Shown piece by piece: positions 1-7,976 of a stretch of DNA of 24,000 nucleotides. The translations under genes were made by a program, and so were the position numbers. Under the pieces are notes generated by a model. The model did no database searches and was not told where the DNA came from. It saw only the letters and a list, made by a program, of their open reading frames with translations. Position 1 is the first letter of the stretch. Each line of letters begins with the position of its first letter. Source of the stretch: an uncultured Planctomycetales bacterium (lineage in GTDB: Bacteria; Planctomycetota; Phycisphaerae; UBA1845; Fen-1342); contig CAYUZU010000013.1 of NCBI GenBank assembly GCA_964448675.1, positions 53,328 to 77,327 on the forward strand, written 5' to 3'.

Positions 1-99
1 GCGCTCTTTCGGCCGCCACGTCGCTTCCCGTTCGCGATTCGCCGGTTGCCGTTCTTCGTTCACCTTGCCCCCCCGCGATGCGTCGCGTAGCTTGCCGCC

Positions 100-1566
100 A
101 TGGTCAAACGCAGCAAGACCGCGCCACCGCCGCGCCCCGACCGTGCCCCGGCACCGGTCGTGGCGTTCCGCGCGGCCATACTGTTGCTGGCGCTCGTTCT
201 GACTGCTGTTGGCGTGCAGTGGCTGCGCGGCGTGTGGCAGCAGTTGCCGGGCAACGCGGCGGCCCGCATCAACTGGGACGCCGTCAAGCGCGCCCGCCAG
301 AGCATCAGCGGCGACGGCCGCGAGGGCCGCATCCTGCTGATTCTCAGCGACCACGTGACCCAGGCGCTGCACGAACCGGAGCGCATTCCGCTGTTGCTCG
401 ACGACGCCCGCCAGGGGATGGCGATGCTGCGCCGCTCGGATCTCGGCCGGCTGCACGTCGCCACGCTGGTGATCCTGCAATTGCAGGACGAGGGCGCCGC
501 GCCCAAGCTGTGGTGGCCGGCGGTGCAACGCTATCTGGGCGGCCTCGACAACGCCTCGTTCGACCACTACATGCCGGCGTACGTCGCCGCCGAGTCGGCG
601 CTCTACGAGCGCTACGGCGTCGCCGCGGGTAGTGCCCAGGCGCTCGTGCTGGCCGGCAGCGCCGGGGCGCACGGGCCGTTTCTGCAGGTGTTCACGCAGC
701 AGATGGCGACGGTGCGCGTCGCCTTGCGGGACGCGGGCGAGGTCGAGACGGCGGCGATGTGCCGGCGACTCGTTCGGCGGCTGCTGCGGGCGTTTCTGCT
801 CGAATCCGCACCCGCCGGATTGCGGCTGATCGCGGCCGACCTGCTCGCGACCGAAATCGAAGCGCACACCGAGGAGGCGACCGCCGTCGAGCACGAAATC
901 GCGGCCAAGTGTCGGGCCTGGCGGGCGGCGTACCACGGCTCGGCCGCGGGCATGTCGGTTGCGCCGATGCCGGTCCGCGTGACGGATGTGCCGATGCCGA
1001 CCGAGACGGGCGGCGCGCTCGGCACGCGGCTGCTACTGGCAACGTGGCTCGCGGCGGCGGCAGCGGCGGTCGCGCTGTTCACGATCGCGACGGCCGGGGT
1101 GTGGCTGTTGCGGCCGGAGGTATCGGGTGATCGAATCCGGCCGGGGTTGGCCGTCGCAATGGTGTCGGCGGCGTTGATCCTGGGGGTGGGCTGGCTCTTG
1201 CTTGGCATCGCGCCCGGCTGGGGACATTCCGAGATTCTGCGCATCAACGAATGGGGCAGTGATCGGCCGCAGGCCCGGCCGCTGGGCACGCCGTGGTGGC
1301 CGATCGTGGCGGCGGTCGTGGGATTGGGCGTGCTGCTGGTCGGGCGCATTGCGGTGCAGAAAGTCACAGCGTGGCGGCTGCTGGTGCCGCCGGCGTGGTT
1401 GTGGCTGGCGCTGGCGGTGCTGTTGCTGGCGGTGACCTGGTCGACGGAGCGCGCGCGCGAGGCACACGACGAGTTCCTGGCGCGGCCGCTGGACGCGCAC
1501 ACAGAGGCCGTTGCGGACCCGGACCATGCCGGCCTGCTTGCCGACCTGCGCGCCTGGAAGCCATAA
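100..1566 (+). CDS. hypothetical membrane protein (488 aa): N-terminal signal-anchor helix, ~270-aa soluble region, C-terminal bundle of about four TM helices
   Basis: ATG at 100, TAA at 1564-1566. Strong G/C preference at codon position 3 along this frame. Hydrophobic stretches include AFRAAILLLALVLTAVGV, LLLATWLAAAAAAVALFTIATAGVWLL, LAVAMVSAALILGVGWLLLGI, WWPIVAAVVGLGVLLVG and AWLWLALAVLLLAV. No family motif recognised. Confidence 0.6.
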   Translation: MVKRSKTAPPPRPDRAPAPVVAFRAAILLLALVLTAVGVQWLRGVWQQLPGNAAARINWDAVKRARQSISGDGREGRILLILSDHVTQALHEPERIPLLLDDARQGMAMLRRSDLGRLHVATLVILQLQDEGAAPKLWWPAVQRYLGGLDNASFDHYMPAYVAAESALYERYGVAAGSAQALVLAGSAGAHGPFLQVFTQQMATVRVALRDAGEVETAAMCRRLVRRLLRAFLLESAPAGLRLIAADLLATEIEAHTEEATAVEHEIAAKCRAWRAAYHGSAAGMSVAPMPVRVTDVPMPTETGGALGTRLLLATWLAAAAAAVALFTIATAGVWLLRPEVSGDRIRPGLAVAMVSAALILGVGWLLLGIAPGWGHSEILRINEWGSDRPQARPLGTPWWPIVAAVVGLGVLLVGRIAVQKVTAWRLLVPPAWLWLALAVLLLAVTWSTERAREAHDEFLARPLDAHTEAVADPDHAGLLADLRAWKP

Positions 1567-1606
1567 TGCGAAGCGAGAGAACGCACCGCTGAGCAGGAAA
1601 CACACC

Positions 1607-2959
1607 ATGAAGACCATTATCGAGCCGTTTCGCATCAAGGTTGTCGAACCGATCCGCATGACGACGCGCGCGGAGCGTGAGGAGATTCTCGCCGAAGCGG
1701 GCTACAACGTCTTTCTGATCCACGCCGACGACGTGCTGATCGACCTGCTGACGGATTCCGGCACGGGGGCGATGAGTAGTCTGCAATGGGCGGGGATCAT
1801 GCGTGGCGACGAGTCCTACGCCGGCGCCAAGAGCTGGTACGTGCTTCAGGAGAAGATCCACGAGTTGACCGGCTTCGAGCACGTCCTGCCGACGCACCAG
1901 GGGCGGGCGAGCGAGCGAATCCTGTTCGAGCTGGTGGGCGGCCCCGACAAGATCGTGCCGAACAACAGCCACTTCGACACGACGCGCGCCAACATCGAGC
2001 ACACGGGGGCCAAGGCGGTCGACCTGGTCATCGACGAAGGCAAGCGGCCGACCTCGCGCCACCCGTTCAAGGGCAACATGGACCTGGCCAAGCTCGAGGC
2101 GCTGATCAAGGACGTCGGCGTCGCGCGCATTCCACTGGTGATGGTGACCGTGACGAACAACTCCGGGGGCGGGCAACCGGTGAGCCTGGAGAACCTGCAC
2201 GCGGTGCGGAAACTCTGTGACCAGCACAAGCTGCCGTTCTTTCTTGACGCGTGTCGGTTCGCGGAGAATGCCTGGTTCATCAAGCAGCGCGAGCCCGGTC
2301 AGCAGGACCGCAGCGTGCGCGACATCGTGCGCGAGATGTTCGACCTTGTGGATGGCGCCACGATCAGCGCCAAGAAGGACGGCATCGTCAACATCGGCGG
2401 CTTGCTCCTGCTGCGGGATGACGAGCTCGTGCGGCAGGCGGACGAGCTGCTCATTCTGACCGAGGGGTTCATTACGTACGGCGGGCTGGCGGGGCGCGAC
2501 CTCGAAGCGATGGCCCAGGGGTTCGAGGAGGTCGTCCACGACGACTACCTGCAATACCGCATCCGCAGCACCGAGTACCTGGGCGAGAAGCTGCTCTCGG
2601 CCGGCATCCAGATCGTCGAGCCGCCCGGCGGTCATGCGATCTACGTCGATGCGAAGCACTTCTGCCCGCACATCCCGCCGGCGCAGTTCCCCGGCCAGGC
2701 CCTGGTTTGCGGGCTCTATCGCCATGCCGGCATTCGCGGCGTGGAGATCGGCAGCGTGATGTTCGGCAAGGCGGCGCCGCCGGCGATGGAGCTCGTCCGG
2801 CTGGCCATCCCGCGGCGCGTGTACACGCAGAGTCACGTGGACTACGCGGTGGAGGCGATCATCGACCTGTTCGGCCGGCGTGAGGAGATGCGTGGGCTGG
2901 AGATCGTGTCCGAGCCGCCGTCGCTGCGGCATTTCACCGCGCGGTTCCGGGAGTTGTAG
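1607..2959 (+). CDS. tnaA: tryptophanase-type beta-eliminating lyase (PLP-dependent; tryptophanase more likely than tyrosine phenol-lyase)
   Basis: ATG at 1607, in frame with track ORF 1511..2959, with AGGAAA 7 nt upstream. The product aligns end to end with E. coli TnaA and Citrobacter TPL as I remember them: MKTIIEPFRIKVVEP, IDLLTDSGTGAMS, PTHQGR, NSHFDTTR, GGQPVS, DACRFAENAWFIKQRE, ISAKKDG (PLP-lysine motif), GGLAGRD, AGIRGVEIGS, LRHFTARF. RFAENA.FIKQRE, AGIR.VEIGS and LRHFTA are closer to TnaA than to TPL. Confidence 0.85.
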   Translation: MKTIIEPFRIKVVEPIRMTTRAEREEILAEAGYNVFLIHADDVLIDLLTDSGTGAMSSLQWAGIMRGDESYAGAKSWYVLQEKIHELTGFEHVLPTHQGRASERILFELVGGPDKIVPNNSHFDTTRANIEHTGAKAVDLVIDEGKRPTSRHPFKGNMDLAKLEALIKDVGVARIPLVMVTVTNNSGGGQPVSLENLHAVRKLCDQHKLPFFLDACRFAENAWFIKQREPGQQDRSVRDIVREMFDLVDGATISAKKDGIVNIGGLLLLRDDELVRQADELLILTEGFITYGGLAGRDLEAMAQGFEEVVHDDYLQYRIRSTEYLGEKLLSAGIQIVEPPGGHAIYVDAKHFCPHIPPAQFPGQALVCGLYRHAGIRGVEIGSVMFGKAAPPAMELVRLAIPRRVYTQSHVDYAVEAIIDLFGRREEMRGLEIVSEPPSLRHFTARFREL

Positions 2960-3021
2960 CGCATACGCCTGCCGCTACGCCCCGGGTGTATTCCCCCGCC
3001 GGGCCGCGGTATCCTCTGTTC

Positions 3022-4290
3022 ATGCCTGAGCAGCGGCTGTTCAACCTGACGCGACTGGGATGGGGCGTGGCGATTCCCGTGCTCATCCTGACGGCGACCG
3101 GGCTGGCCTGCATTCACGCCACCGACCGCAGCCGCGACGCCATCCAGCAGGCGGCCGCCGGCGTCGATCCGCTCGAAGCGGCGAAAGCCGATCCCGGCTG
3201 GGTGGTGCGGGCGTACCGGGCGATCGGCCCGCTCACCACGAAGCAGATTCTGTTTCTGCTGACCGGTGTGGGGCTCATGCTGCTGACGATGTGGCCGAGC
3301 TACCAGAAGATCGGCCGCTACGCCTACCCGCTGTATGGCATCACCATCGCACTGCTGCTGCTGCTGGTCGCGGCGCGGTTCTTCGACAAGTTCGGCCTGC
3401 CGGGCATCCCGTTCGTGCCCGAGCGCCGCGCGACGTTTCGCTGGATCGGCGTCGGTCCTTTGCAGATTCAGCCGTCGGAGTTCATGAAGGTGGCGCTGAT
3501 CCTGGCGTTGGCGCGTTACCTGCGGTTTCGCGACTCGTATCGCGAGTGGCGCGGGCTGTTCGCCCCCTTTCTGCTCACGCTGGTGCCGATGGTGCTGATC
3601 CTGTTCCAGCCGGACCTCGGCACACTGCTGATGCTGCTGCCGGTGCTGTTCGCGATGCTGTTCGTGGCGGGGGCGCGCCTGCGGCACCTGGCCATCGTGA
3701 TTCTGCTCGGTTGTGCGACGATGCCGGTGTTCTACCTGTACGGCATGAAGGAATACCAGCGCGACCGCATCCGGGTGCTGTTCCGCCAGAACATCGCCGA
3801 CGAGGCCTGGCACAACGCCGAGGGGTTTCAACTGCGGCGCTCGAAAATCGCGCTCGGCACGGGAGGCCTCTTCGGCGAGGGCTACCGCACGGGGGTCTTC
3901 GTCCAGTACGACGGCCTGCTGCCCGAAGAGCACAACGATTTCATCTTCGCCATCATCGGCCACCAGTGGGGATTGCTCGGGGCCGCGGCGATTCTGCTGG
4001 CCTATTGCGCGATCGTCTTCTTCGGGGTCGAGGTCGCCACCACGACAAACGACCCGTTCGGGCGGCTGCTGGCTGTCGGCGTCGTGGTGATGATCGTGGC
4101 GCAGGCCCTGCTCAATGTATGCATGACGGTCGGCCTGGCCCCCATCACCGGCATGACGCTGCCCTTCGTCAGCGCGGGCGGCAGCAGCCTGTGGGCCAAC
4201 TTCCTCGCGATCGGGCTGCTGCTCAACGTCGCGCAGCGCCGCCCCATGCTGATCGCCCATCCGCCGTTCGAGTATGACAAGGAGGACTGA
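3022..4290 (+). CDS. SEDS-family peptidoglycan glycosyltransferase (FtsW/RodA/SpoVE family; RodA vs FtsW not distinguishable here)
   Basis: Polytopic membrane protein with SEDS motifs PSEFMKVALILALARYL, EEHNDFIFAIIGHQWGLLG and GLAPITGMTLPFVSAGGSSL. I prefer the ATG at 3022 (MPEQRLFNL...). An upstream in-frame GTG at 2986 is the alternative start. TGA at 4288-4290. Confidence 0.85.
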   Translation: MPEQRLFNLTRLGWGVAIPVLILTATGLACIHATDRSRDAIQQAAAGVDPLEAAKADPGWVVRAYRAIGPLTTKQILFLLTGVGLMLLTMWPSYQKIGRYAYPLYGITIALLLLLVAARFFDKFGLPGIPFVPERRATFRWIGVGPLQIQPSEFMKVALILALARYLRFRDSYREWRGLFAPFLLTLVPMVLILFQPDLGTLLMLLPVLFAMLFVAGARLRHLAIVILLGCATMPVFYLYGMKEYQRDRIRVLFRQNIADEAWHNAEGFQLRRSKIALGTGGLFGEGYRTGVFVQYDGLLPEEHNDFIFAIIGHQWGLLGAAAILLAYCAIVFFGVEVATTTNDPFGRLLAVGVVVMIVAQALLNVCMTVGLAPITGMTLPFVSAGGSSLWANFLAIGLLLNVAQRRPMLIAHPPFEYDKED

Positions 4291-4304
4291 GCCGGTGGGC
4301 TCAG
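4287..4304. terminator. GC-rich hairpin between two convergent genes, with both stop codons inside its arms (possible bidirectional terminator, no U-tract)
   Basis: CTGAGCC (4287-4293), loop GGTG, GGCTCAG (4298-4304): a perfect 7-bp stem. The TGA of the SEDS gene (4288-4290) lies in the left arm. The TGA of the minus-strand gene (complement of 4301-4303) lies in the right arm. Confidence 0.3.
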
Positions 4305-5119
4305 GCTGTCGCCGCTTCGCTGCTGTCGGCGGCCACGGCCTTCTTCTTGCGCCGCCAGTCCAGCACGTCAGCGAGGTTATACAGCAGCGAGATCGCCCAC
4401 ACGATCGACGCGACCAGGAAGCCCCACTCCTTCAGCCAGGCCGCCCCCGCCGGCCAGTACAAGTGCAGTAACCCGTACACCGCCGGCAGGAATAGAAACA
4501 CGCCAACCGTCGCGGCCCAGAAGGCCCGCGCTGCCTTCGGCAACAGCAGCGCGAACGCCAGTCCGGCGGCCCCCGTCGCGATCGTGATCGCGAAGAAGCT
4601 CACCTGGAAGTTGTTCACGTTGTCGCTGAGGTACGTCCACAGCGACACCGCCTCCGCCGGCAGATTCGGGTCGGCCACGGCCTCACCTTCCGGCAAGGTC
4701 ACGCCCGGGCCGTCGTCCTGCGACGTAAGGCCGCGCGAGGCGTACTGGTCGAGCGTCGGCTTCAGGACACGATCGCTGTACATCCCCAAACCCGCCGCAA
4801 TGGCGCACCCCGCCACCACCAGCGCGAACCAGAACCGGAAAAGCAAGACGCCCAGCACCACTCCCACCGTGCCGCTCACGATGACCAGCGGCCACGTCGG
4901 GAACGCGAAGCGATCGGCCACATAACCGCCAACCGCGGCACCGCTCAGCGCGAAGACCAGGCCGATCAACCACGGCGTCAGGCGGGCCCCCTTCACGAGA
5001 AACACGAGCCCCAGCAGCGCTGCCATCCCGACCGCCGCCAGCGGCACCCACTGCGCATCAGGCGCGAGGTGCTGCAGCGCCGTGTCGAGCACTTGTTCCG
5101 GAAAGTTCCCTGGCTTCAT
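4301..5119 (-). CDS. hypothetical polytopic membrane protein (272 aa, ~7 predicted TM helices), last gene of the murC-murB-ddl-ftsQ-like string
   Basis: ATG at 5119 preceded on the minus strand by a strong SD (GGAGGTGAGCTATG, complement of 5117-5130). Start lies 49 nt downstream of the ftsQ-like stop on the same strand. Repeated hydrophobic segments include WVPLAAVGMAALLGLVFLV, WLIGLVFALSGAAVGGYV, LVIVSGTVGVVLGVLLFRFWFALVVAGCAIAAGLG, FFAITIATGAAGLAFALLL, FWAATVGVFLFLPAVYGLL and FLVASIVWAISLLY. Lys-rich tail RRKKK. No family recognised. Confidence 0.65.
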   Translation of the reverse strand: MKPGNFPEQVLDTALQHLAPDAQWVPLAAVGMAALLGLVFLVKGARLTPWLIGLVFALSGAAVGGYVADRFAFPTWPLVIVSGTVGVVLGVLLFRFWFALVVAGCAIAAGLGMYSDRVLKPTLDQYASRGLTSQDDGPGVTLPEGEAVADPNLPAEAVSLWTYLSDNVNNFQVSFFAITIATGAAGLAFALLLPKAARAFWAATVGVFLFLPAVYGLLHLYWPAGAAWLKEWGFLVASIVWAISLLYNLADVLDWRRKKKAVAADSSEAATA

Positions 5120-5168
5120 AGCTCACCTCCGCGTCGCGGGAGGTCTGGCGGCGCCCGGTGCTCGGCGA

Positions 5169-6128
5169 TCAACGCCGCCCCGGCGGCCGCAGTTCGTAGT
5201 TCTCGGCCCAGCGGACCACAATGATCTTATCCGGCAGGCGGCCATGTTCTGCGTACGCCGTATTCAATAGTTGCAGCTTGCGTTCGGCGGTTGCCGAGTC
5301 CACCTGGTACTCGTCCCCTGGCGGCAATCCCCAGTCGACATGACAGCCGGGGTACACCGTCTCGATTCGTAAAAGCGTCGATTCCGCCGGCGTGGCCACA
5401 CCCGACGCCCCTGCCACATCGACCGCCCGCAGCGACGTGCGGAACGGCAGCCGCCCGGCCGCCTGGGCCTGCTGCAGGAATCGAACGAGCTTCAGGCCGG
5501 CGACCAACTCTGGCGCGGCCGCGTTCGGATCATCCCCTGCCCACAGCTCACCCGCGCGGGGCAACGGCGCCCGCACGCCCTTGATCAGCAGCGGGTCGGT
5601 CTCCAGCCGATAGTCCGCCCACTTCTCCAGTGGCAGCCGGACACCTTCGGTATCGACCAGGTACGCCCGCCCGCGCGCCGCGACGAACGCGCACGGCTCG
5701 CGAAAATCGGCGGCAACCTCGATCGTGCCGTCGAGGAACTTCGTCACGCGCTGCACGTCGCGGATCCAGGGATTGGCGCGCAGGCCGCGTCCGACGCGCT
5801 CGCACAGGTGCGGGTCGTGGATGCTGTCGTCGGGCCGCAGGTCGGCGTCGGCCTCGATGCCGGGGTAGGTCGCGTCCCCGGTGAGAATCCAGGTGTGCTC
5901 CGGGTTGCGCAGCCACGCGGGCAGGTGGGCCCAACTGAGACGGCAGTCGACATCGGCCGTCGCGGCGCGGACCTGCTGCTCCAGGTGCCGCACGCCGACC
6001 ACAAGCAGCCCCAGTGCCGTCAACCACCCGATCGTCGCCCAGGTCGCACGCCACGCGCCCGGCGACAGCCGCCAGGCTGCGTGCGACTTGCCCTTCTTGG
6101 CGGTCCTGCCTTTCCGCGCCCGCGTCAC
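5169..6128 (-). CDS. ftsQ: FtsQ-like cell-division protein (basic N-terminus, single TM helix, POTRA-type domain)
   Basis: Sits immediately after ddl, the canonical dcw order. GTG start (complement of 6126-6128) overlaps the ddl TGA by 4 nt (GTGA). Basic N-terminus MTRARKGRTAKKGK, then TM WATIGWLTALGLLVVGV. The segment LRANPWIRDVQRVTKFLDGTIEVAADFREPCAFVAARGRAYLVDTEGVRLP fits the FtsQ POTRA pattern (PwV..v.V.R..P.tl.i.v.ER.P.A.v....ylvd.dG). Sequence is divergent, so this is a family-level call only. Confidence 0.65.
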   Translation of the reverse strand: MTRARKGRTAKKGKSHAAWRLSPGAWRATWATIGWLTALGLLVVGVRHLEQQVRAATADVDCRLSWAHLPAWLRNPEHTWILTGDATYPGIEADADLRPDDSIHDPHLCERVGRGLRANPWIRDVQRVTKFLDGTIEVAADFREPCAFVAARGRAYLVDTEGVRLPLEKWADYRLETDPLLIKGVRAPLPRAGELWAGDDPNAAAPELVAGLKLVRFLQQAQAAGRLPFRTSLRAVDVAGASGVATPAESTLLRIETVYPGCHVDWGLPPGDEYQVDSATAERKLQLLNTAYAEHGRLPDKIIVVRWAENYELRPPGRR

Positions 6129-7084
6129 GATGCGTCCTCCAGGGCCATGCGCACCAGCCGATCCACCAGTTGATCAAACGGGATGCCGATCCGCGCCGCC
6201 GCCTTGGGCACCAACGAGTGGCGCGTGAAGCCCGGCAGCGTGTTGACCTCCAGCAGCCACAGCCGCTGATCCTCGTCGGCGATCCAGTCCACTCGCGACA
6301 AGTGCCGGCAATCCAGCAGCTTGAACACGCGCAGGCTGAGCTCGGCCACGCGCGTCAGCAGTTCCGCCGGGTGACCGGCCTCGAACAGGTATTCGGTCTC
6401 GTTGTCCTCATATTTGGCGGTGAAGTCATAGAAACCCCGCTTGGGCCGCACGCAGATCGGCGGCAGCATCCGGTCGCCGATGATCCCCACCGTCAGCTCG
6501 TCGCCGCGGATGAACTTCTCGACCAGCGCCCGCCCGCCGGTGCCGATCGCGTCGCGCACCGCCGGCAGGAACGCGTCCGCCGCGTGCACGACATGGGTAC
6601 CGACGCTGCTGCCTTCGGCCACGGGCTTGACGACGGCTGGCAGCCCGAGGGCGGTCTCCTGCCGCTGCGCGAGGGTGAGCGCGTCCCATACCTCGAACGG
6701 AGCGGTGTCGATGCCGGCATCGATCGCGAGTCGCTTCGTCGCGACCTTGTCCATGGCCAGCGCCGACGCGGTCGAGCCCGAACCGACGAAACGCAGGCCG
6801 CGCTCTTCCATCAGACGCTGCACCGTGCCGTCTTCGCCGAACGTGCCATGCAGCGCGGGGAAGATCACGTCCGCCGGCCGGTCGAGTGCGTCGAGCTGAT
6901 CCGGGCCAATGTCCGAGACGTAAACCTCGTGGCCGGCCTGGCGCAACGCGGCGGCGACGGCCTGGCCGGATTCGAGGCTGACGTCGCGCTCATTGCTCGG
7001 CCCGCCGCAAAGCACAGTCACGCGCAAAGATGGCTTGTCGGGGGTTGCAGAAGCGGCGCCGGATGGTGCTTCCGGGTGCGGCAT
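6125..7084 (-). CDS. ddl: D-alanine--D-alanine ligase
   Basis: Motifs VTVLCGGPSNERDVSLESG, IFPALHGTFGEDGTVQ, KPVAEGSSVGTHVV and LLEVNTLPGFT (ATP-grasp Ddl signature). ATG at 7084, TGA at 6125-6127. Located between murB and the ftsQ-like gene. Confidence 0.9.
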   Translation of the reverse strand: MPHPEAPSGAASATPDKPSLRVTVLCGGPSNERDVSLESGQAVAAALRQAGHEVYVSDIGPDQLDALDRPADVIFPALHGTFGEDGTVQRLMEERGLRFVGSGSTASALAMDKVATKRLAIDAGIDTAPFEVWDALTLAQRQETALGLPAVVKPVAEGSSVGTHVVHAADAFLPAVRDAIGTGGRALVEKFIRGDELTVGIIGDRMLPPICVRPKRGFYDFTAKYEDNETEYLFEAGHPAELLTRVAELSLRVFKLLDCRHLSRVDWIADEDQRLWLLEVNTLPGFTRHSLVPKAAARIGIPFDQLVDRLVRMALEDAS

Positions 7085-7094
7085 GGGCGCTCCC

Positions 7095-7976
7095 TCACCA
7101 GATTTCGACTTCGAGCTCGAGCTCGATGCCGGTGTCGTGATACACGCGTTCCCTCGCGCGATGGATCAAGTCTATCACGTTTTGGGCGTTGGCGCCAGGG
7201 TAGGCCACGATGAAATTGGCGTGCTTGGTGCTGATTTCCGCCGCGCCGCAGCGCTCCCCCTTCAGCCCCGCCTGGTCGATCAGCGCACCGGCCGCATGGT
7301 CGGCCGGGTTCTTGAAGATGCAGCCGGCGGACTTGGCCGCGACCGCGGGCTGCGTCGCGTGCTTCTCGGTCCAGATCGCGCGGAACCGCGCGCACAAGGC
7401 TTCGTGATCCCCCGGCGTCAGCACGAACGTCGCGGCCGTCACGACGCCCCCATTCAGCTCGGCATGCCGATAGCCGAACTGCAGTTCGTGGCGCATGCGG
7501 GCGGCCACGTGGCCGTCGGGCAGCATCACGCGCGCCTGCTCGATGCAATCAGCGATACAGCCGTACTTGCCGCCCGCGTTCTGGCGTACCGCGCCGCCGA
7601 CGGTCGCCGGAATACCGGCGAGCGTCTCGAGACCGGCGAGGCCGCGTTCGACGCTTTGCTTGACGAGCTTGGTGAAGTCGGCCCCGCCGCCGGCGCCGGC
7701 ACGTGAGCCCTCGAAACGAATCCACGCCCAGTCCGTGCCGGCCAGGTGAATCACCGCCCCGGCAAACCCCTCGTCACGCACGATGACGTTTGCCCCGCGC
7801 CCCAGCACGCGCCACGGCACGTCGTGCTCGGTGCAGCGTTGCAGCACCGCCGCCAGCTCGGCTTCGTCGCGCGGCGTCAGGAACCAGCGCGCCGGCCCGC
7901 CCAGGCCATACCACGTGTACTCGGCAAGGGGAATCTCAGGCCGGCAGATCGGCTCCAAGCCGCTGTACCACGGCAT
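7095..7976 (-). CDS. murB: UDP-N-acetylenolpyruvoylglucosamine reductase
   Basis: Motifs LAEYTWYGLGGPARWF, VLGRGANVIV, GIPATVGGAVRQNAG and GAAEISTKHANFIV. ATG at 7976. The stop lies 10 nt before the ddl start. Confidence 0.9.
   Translation of the reverse strand: MPWYSGLEPICRPEIPLAEYTWYGLGGPARWFLTPRDEAELAAVLQRCTEHDVPWRVLGRGANVIVRDEGFAGAVIHLAGTDWAWIRFEGSRAGAGGGADFTKLVKQSVERGLAGLETLAGIPATVGGAVRQNAGGKYGCIADCIEQARVMLPDGHVAARMRHELQFGYRHAELNGGVVTAATFVLTPGDHEALCARFRAIWTEKHATQPAVAAKSAGCIFKNPADHAAGALIDQAGLKGERCGAAEISTKHANFIVAYPGANAQNVIDLIHRARERVYHDTGIELELEVEIW

Noticed and set aside
1364-2932. Long antisense or alternate-frame ORFs across the window: 1364..2932 -, 2842..4260 -, 6014..7213 +, 7783..9354 +, 15450..17030 -, 16321..17577 -, 19222..20367 -, 20354..21802 -, 23132..23962 +, and the many 60-200 aa ORFs.
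   Set aside because: All overlap genes with clear family motifs on the other strand or frame. Their products are Arg/Pro/Gly/Ala-rich low-complexity strings with no recognisable motifs. This is the expected stop-codon-poor artefact of very GC-rich DNA.
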